Source of the DNA: a virus
Taxonomy: Duplodnaviria; Caudoviricetes
Virus record (IMG/VR): IMGVR_UViG_3300036832_001282
Location: 1 to 57,610 of that record
Length of the DNA: 57,610 bases
Reading direction: 5' to 3' (one strand)
The position numbers and the translations under genes are program-made. The notes below the pieces were generated by a model. That model made no database searches. It saw nothing but the letters and a program-made list of their open reading frames with translations, and had not been told where the DNA came from. This document shows, one piece after another, positions 55,518 through 57,610 of this stretch (the stretch's first letter is position 1; every line of letters begins with the position of its first letter).

Positions 55518-57610
55518 ACCTGCCTTGCGAGGCTGAACCGCTCCGTTCCTTGCCCGTCCGTCCGTGCCTATCCGGTCCCCGCCTGCCGTGCTTAACCGCG
55601 CCGATCACGACCGGAATCACACCGCGCCATAATCAGCCACGTCGTATCATGCCTGCCGGATACCGCCATACACCGCCGCTTCCCGCCATTCGCACCTTTC
55701 AGGCCGAAACGAACCGTGCCTGCGTCACCGTGCCCGTCCGCTCCTGTCCCAGCCGCTCCAATGACCGCCGTGCCTGCTTTGCCGTGCCTAGCCAATCCTA
55801 GCCTGATCGATCCGAAACGAACCGTGCCTGCATTGCCAATCCGGGGCCGTCCTATCCTACCACTCCAGGCCGGTTCCCGCCTCGCCTGCACTGCCATGTC
55901 ATACCGCGCCGATCACGACCGGGAAGCGCCTATCCATTCCGCACCTGCCAATCCTAGCCGTGCCTACTCGCACCCAATCGTTTACGAGCCACGCCTGCCA
56001 GTCCGTACTCTGCCGAACCCATCTGCAACGAACCATAACCCGCCAAACAAACCATGTCCGAACGAGCCTGAACGATCCGTGCCTGCCGGTCCTTGCCAGA
56101 TCGCAACTGAACGAACACCGACGAGCCCCACCGCTCGCACCGCGCCATGTCCGCGCCTGCCACACCACGCCCAGCCATGCCTGTCCGTGCCGGTCCCAAT
56201 TTAGCCAATTGCGCCATGCCTGCGCTGCCGCGCCAACCATGCCGGTCTAGGCCCTGCCGCGCCATTCCCATGCTTCCGCTGCCGTCCGCGCCCTGCCGCG
56301 TCGCTCCACGTCCCGCCGATTCCGTTTCTGCCGTACCTGCTTCGCCTTGCCTTGCCTGCTTTGCTTAGCCCTTCCGTGCCTAGGCTATCCTAGACCACAT
56401 GCGCCGATCCCTACTGTCCGTGCCTGCTTTGCTCATCCGCAACGAGCCTAACTAGACCTGTCACAGCCACATCCTTCCGCACCCGTCCGTGCCTGCCAGT
56501 CCACGCCATGCTGCTCCGCGCCCTGCCCGCGTTCCGCCGTGCCTATCCTTGCCTGTCGTCCACGCCCAGCCCTTCCATGTCTATCCAATCATGTCACGCC
56601 GCGCCTGCCTTGCCGATCCGAATCGCTTTGGGATGCGCCGGACCAAATCACACCATCCATGCCTGCCGAACACCGCCCAACACTGCCCAGTTCTTCCCTT
56701 GCCATTCCAATGACAGCCGCGCCTGCTTTGCCGTGCCAAACCTAGCCGAGACGAAATCAGGCCGACCGCTCCCGTCCACGCACGGCCTTACCCTGCCGCG
56801 CCTGCTTACCCCGTGAAGTAACAAATCGTGCCTGCATTACTTCGCCAAGCCGATCCTGATCATGCCACTCCGGTCTGCGCGATCCGCGCCTTGCCTGCTT
56901 CGCCGATCCTTGCCGGTTCGTGCCAGTCCTAACCGATCCGCGCCTGCCGTGCCCTTCCTTGCCTAATCGCTCCGTATTCTGCCAATGCAACCGGGTAAAC
57001 ACCGCAACCCGCCTGCCGTGTCTAGCTGAGCCCTGCCCAATCGATCCTTTCCTTTCCATTCCGCGCCTGCTTCGCCGATCCGGTCCACGCCTTGCTCAGC
57101 CCGTCCGTCCATTCCATGCCTGCTTCGCCTTATTGTGCCGGTCCCCGTCGAGCCGTGCCTTTCCTTACCGTGCCGCACCTATTCGCAGCCGCTTCACGCC
57201 TGCCTTGCCACGCCCTGCCCGTCCTTATCGGTCCAATCCTTGCCTGCTTCACCTTGCCTTGCCTGCCATCCTTGCACCGCCGCGCCGCTCCTTAACTGTA
57301 CGCGCCTGCTAATGCCTTGCCGACCCCTGCTCTGCCACAACGATCACTAATGTGCCGTGCCTGCATTGCCTTGCAATGCCGTTCGCGCCGGTCCGCGTCT
57401 TTCACCACCTCGCCTGCACGGCCATGCACGGCCATGTCTCGTCACGCCGGTCCGCGTCTTTCACCACCTCGCCTGCACGGCCATGCACTGCCATGCACTG
57501 ACGAACCGGAGCGGGCCGGACCATTTCGGCCGGACCATGCCTAGCCTGCTTCGCCTTTCCACGCCTAAACTGTCCGAATCGAATTGAACCGTTTCAGCCA
57601 ATCCTCGCCT
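55518..57610 (-). repeat. Non-coding GGY-NN pentamer array punctuated by GCAGGC (putative guide-RNA array), truncated at window end
   Basis: 34 exact RCCTGC copies on the plus strand from 55518 to 57544, plus variants; the intervening sequence has 5-nt periodicity; no credible ORF. Confidence 0.85.

Noticed and set aside
55484-57587. Many overlapping short ORFs on both strands (P/C/R/A-rich or G/R/A-rich)
   Set aside because: By-products of a stop-poor pentamer array; no RBS or domain motifs, and a 5-nt period conflicts with codon structure.
55518-57610. CRISPR array
   Set aside because: The constant element is only 6-7 nt, the intervening sequence is itself patterned, and no cas1/cas2 is present.
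1-57610. Window as a complete circular genome
   Set aside because: The left end interrupts a lysin ORF and the right end interrupts the array; I saw no terminal overlap.
1-57610. tRNA, rRNA, integrase or transposase genes
   Set aside because: None recognised by eye; tRNAscan/Infernal were not run. The Mu-like genes are tail genes only and do not imply transposition.

Overview
The window is most of a tailed dsDNA phage or prophage genome, cut at both ends. All protein calls are by motif recognition and gene order; no searches were run. The minus strand (~1-49800, read right to left) carries a VRR-NUC nuclease, a primase-helicase, an AT-rich origin-like gap, two adenine methyltransferases, a homing HNH and a NusG/RfaH-like antiterminator. 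It continues with the packaging HNH, TerS/TerL, a second capsid-like gene, a TPR-glycosyltransferase plus methyltransferase pair and a 991-aa modular protein. Next come an HK97-type protease-capsid fusion, portal, neck, a Mu-like contractile tail and baseplate, several fibres, and a peptidoglycan-binding lysin cut at the left edge. The plus strand (49846-55447) carries a replication block: DUF2800-like nuclease, putative SSB, family A DNA polymerase and SNF2 helicase. The standout feature is a non-coding array of more than 2.1 kb (55518-57610, running off the edge). On the minus strand it reads as alternating GGY-like triplets and variable dinucleotides with a 5-nt period. A conserved GCAGGC motif (34 exact copies counted) cuts it into mostly 45-90 nt units, and an intrinsic terminator closes it. 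A separate two-unit copy with the same grammar and 3' terminator architecture lies on the plus strand at 37264-37433. This looks like a programmable guide-RNA array that is not CRISPR, and no effector gene is recognisable inside the window.
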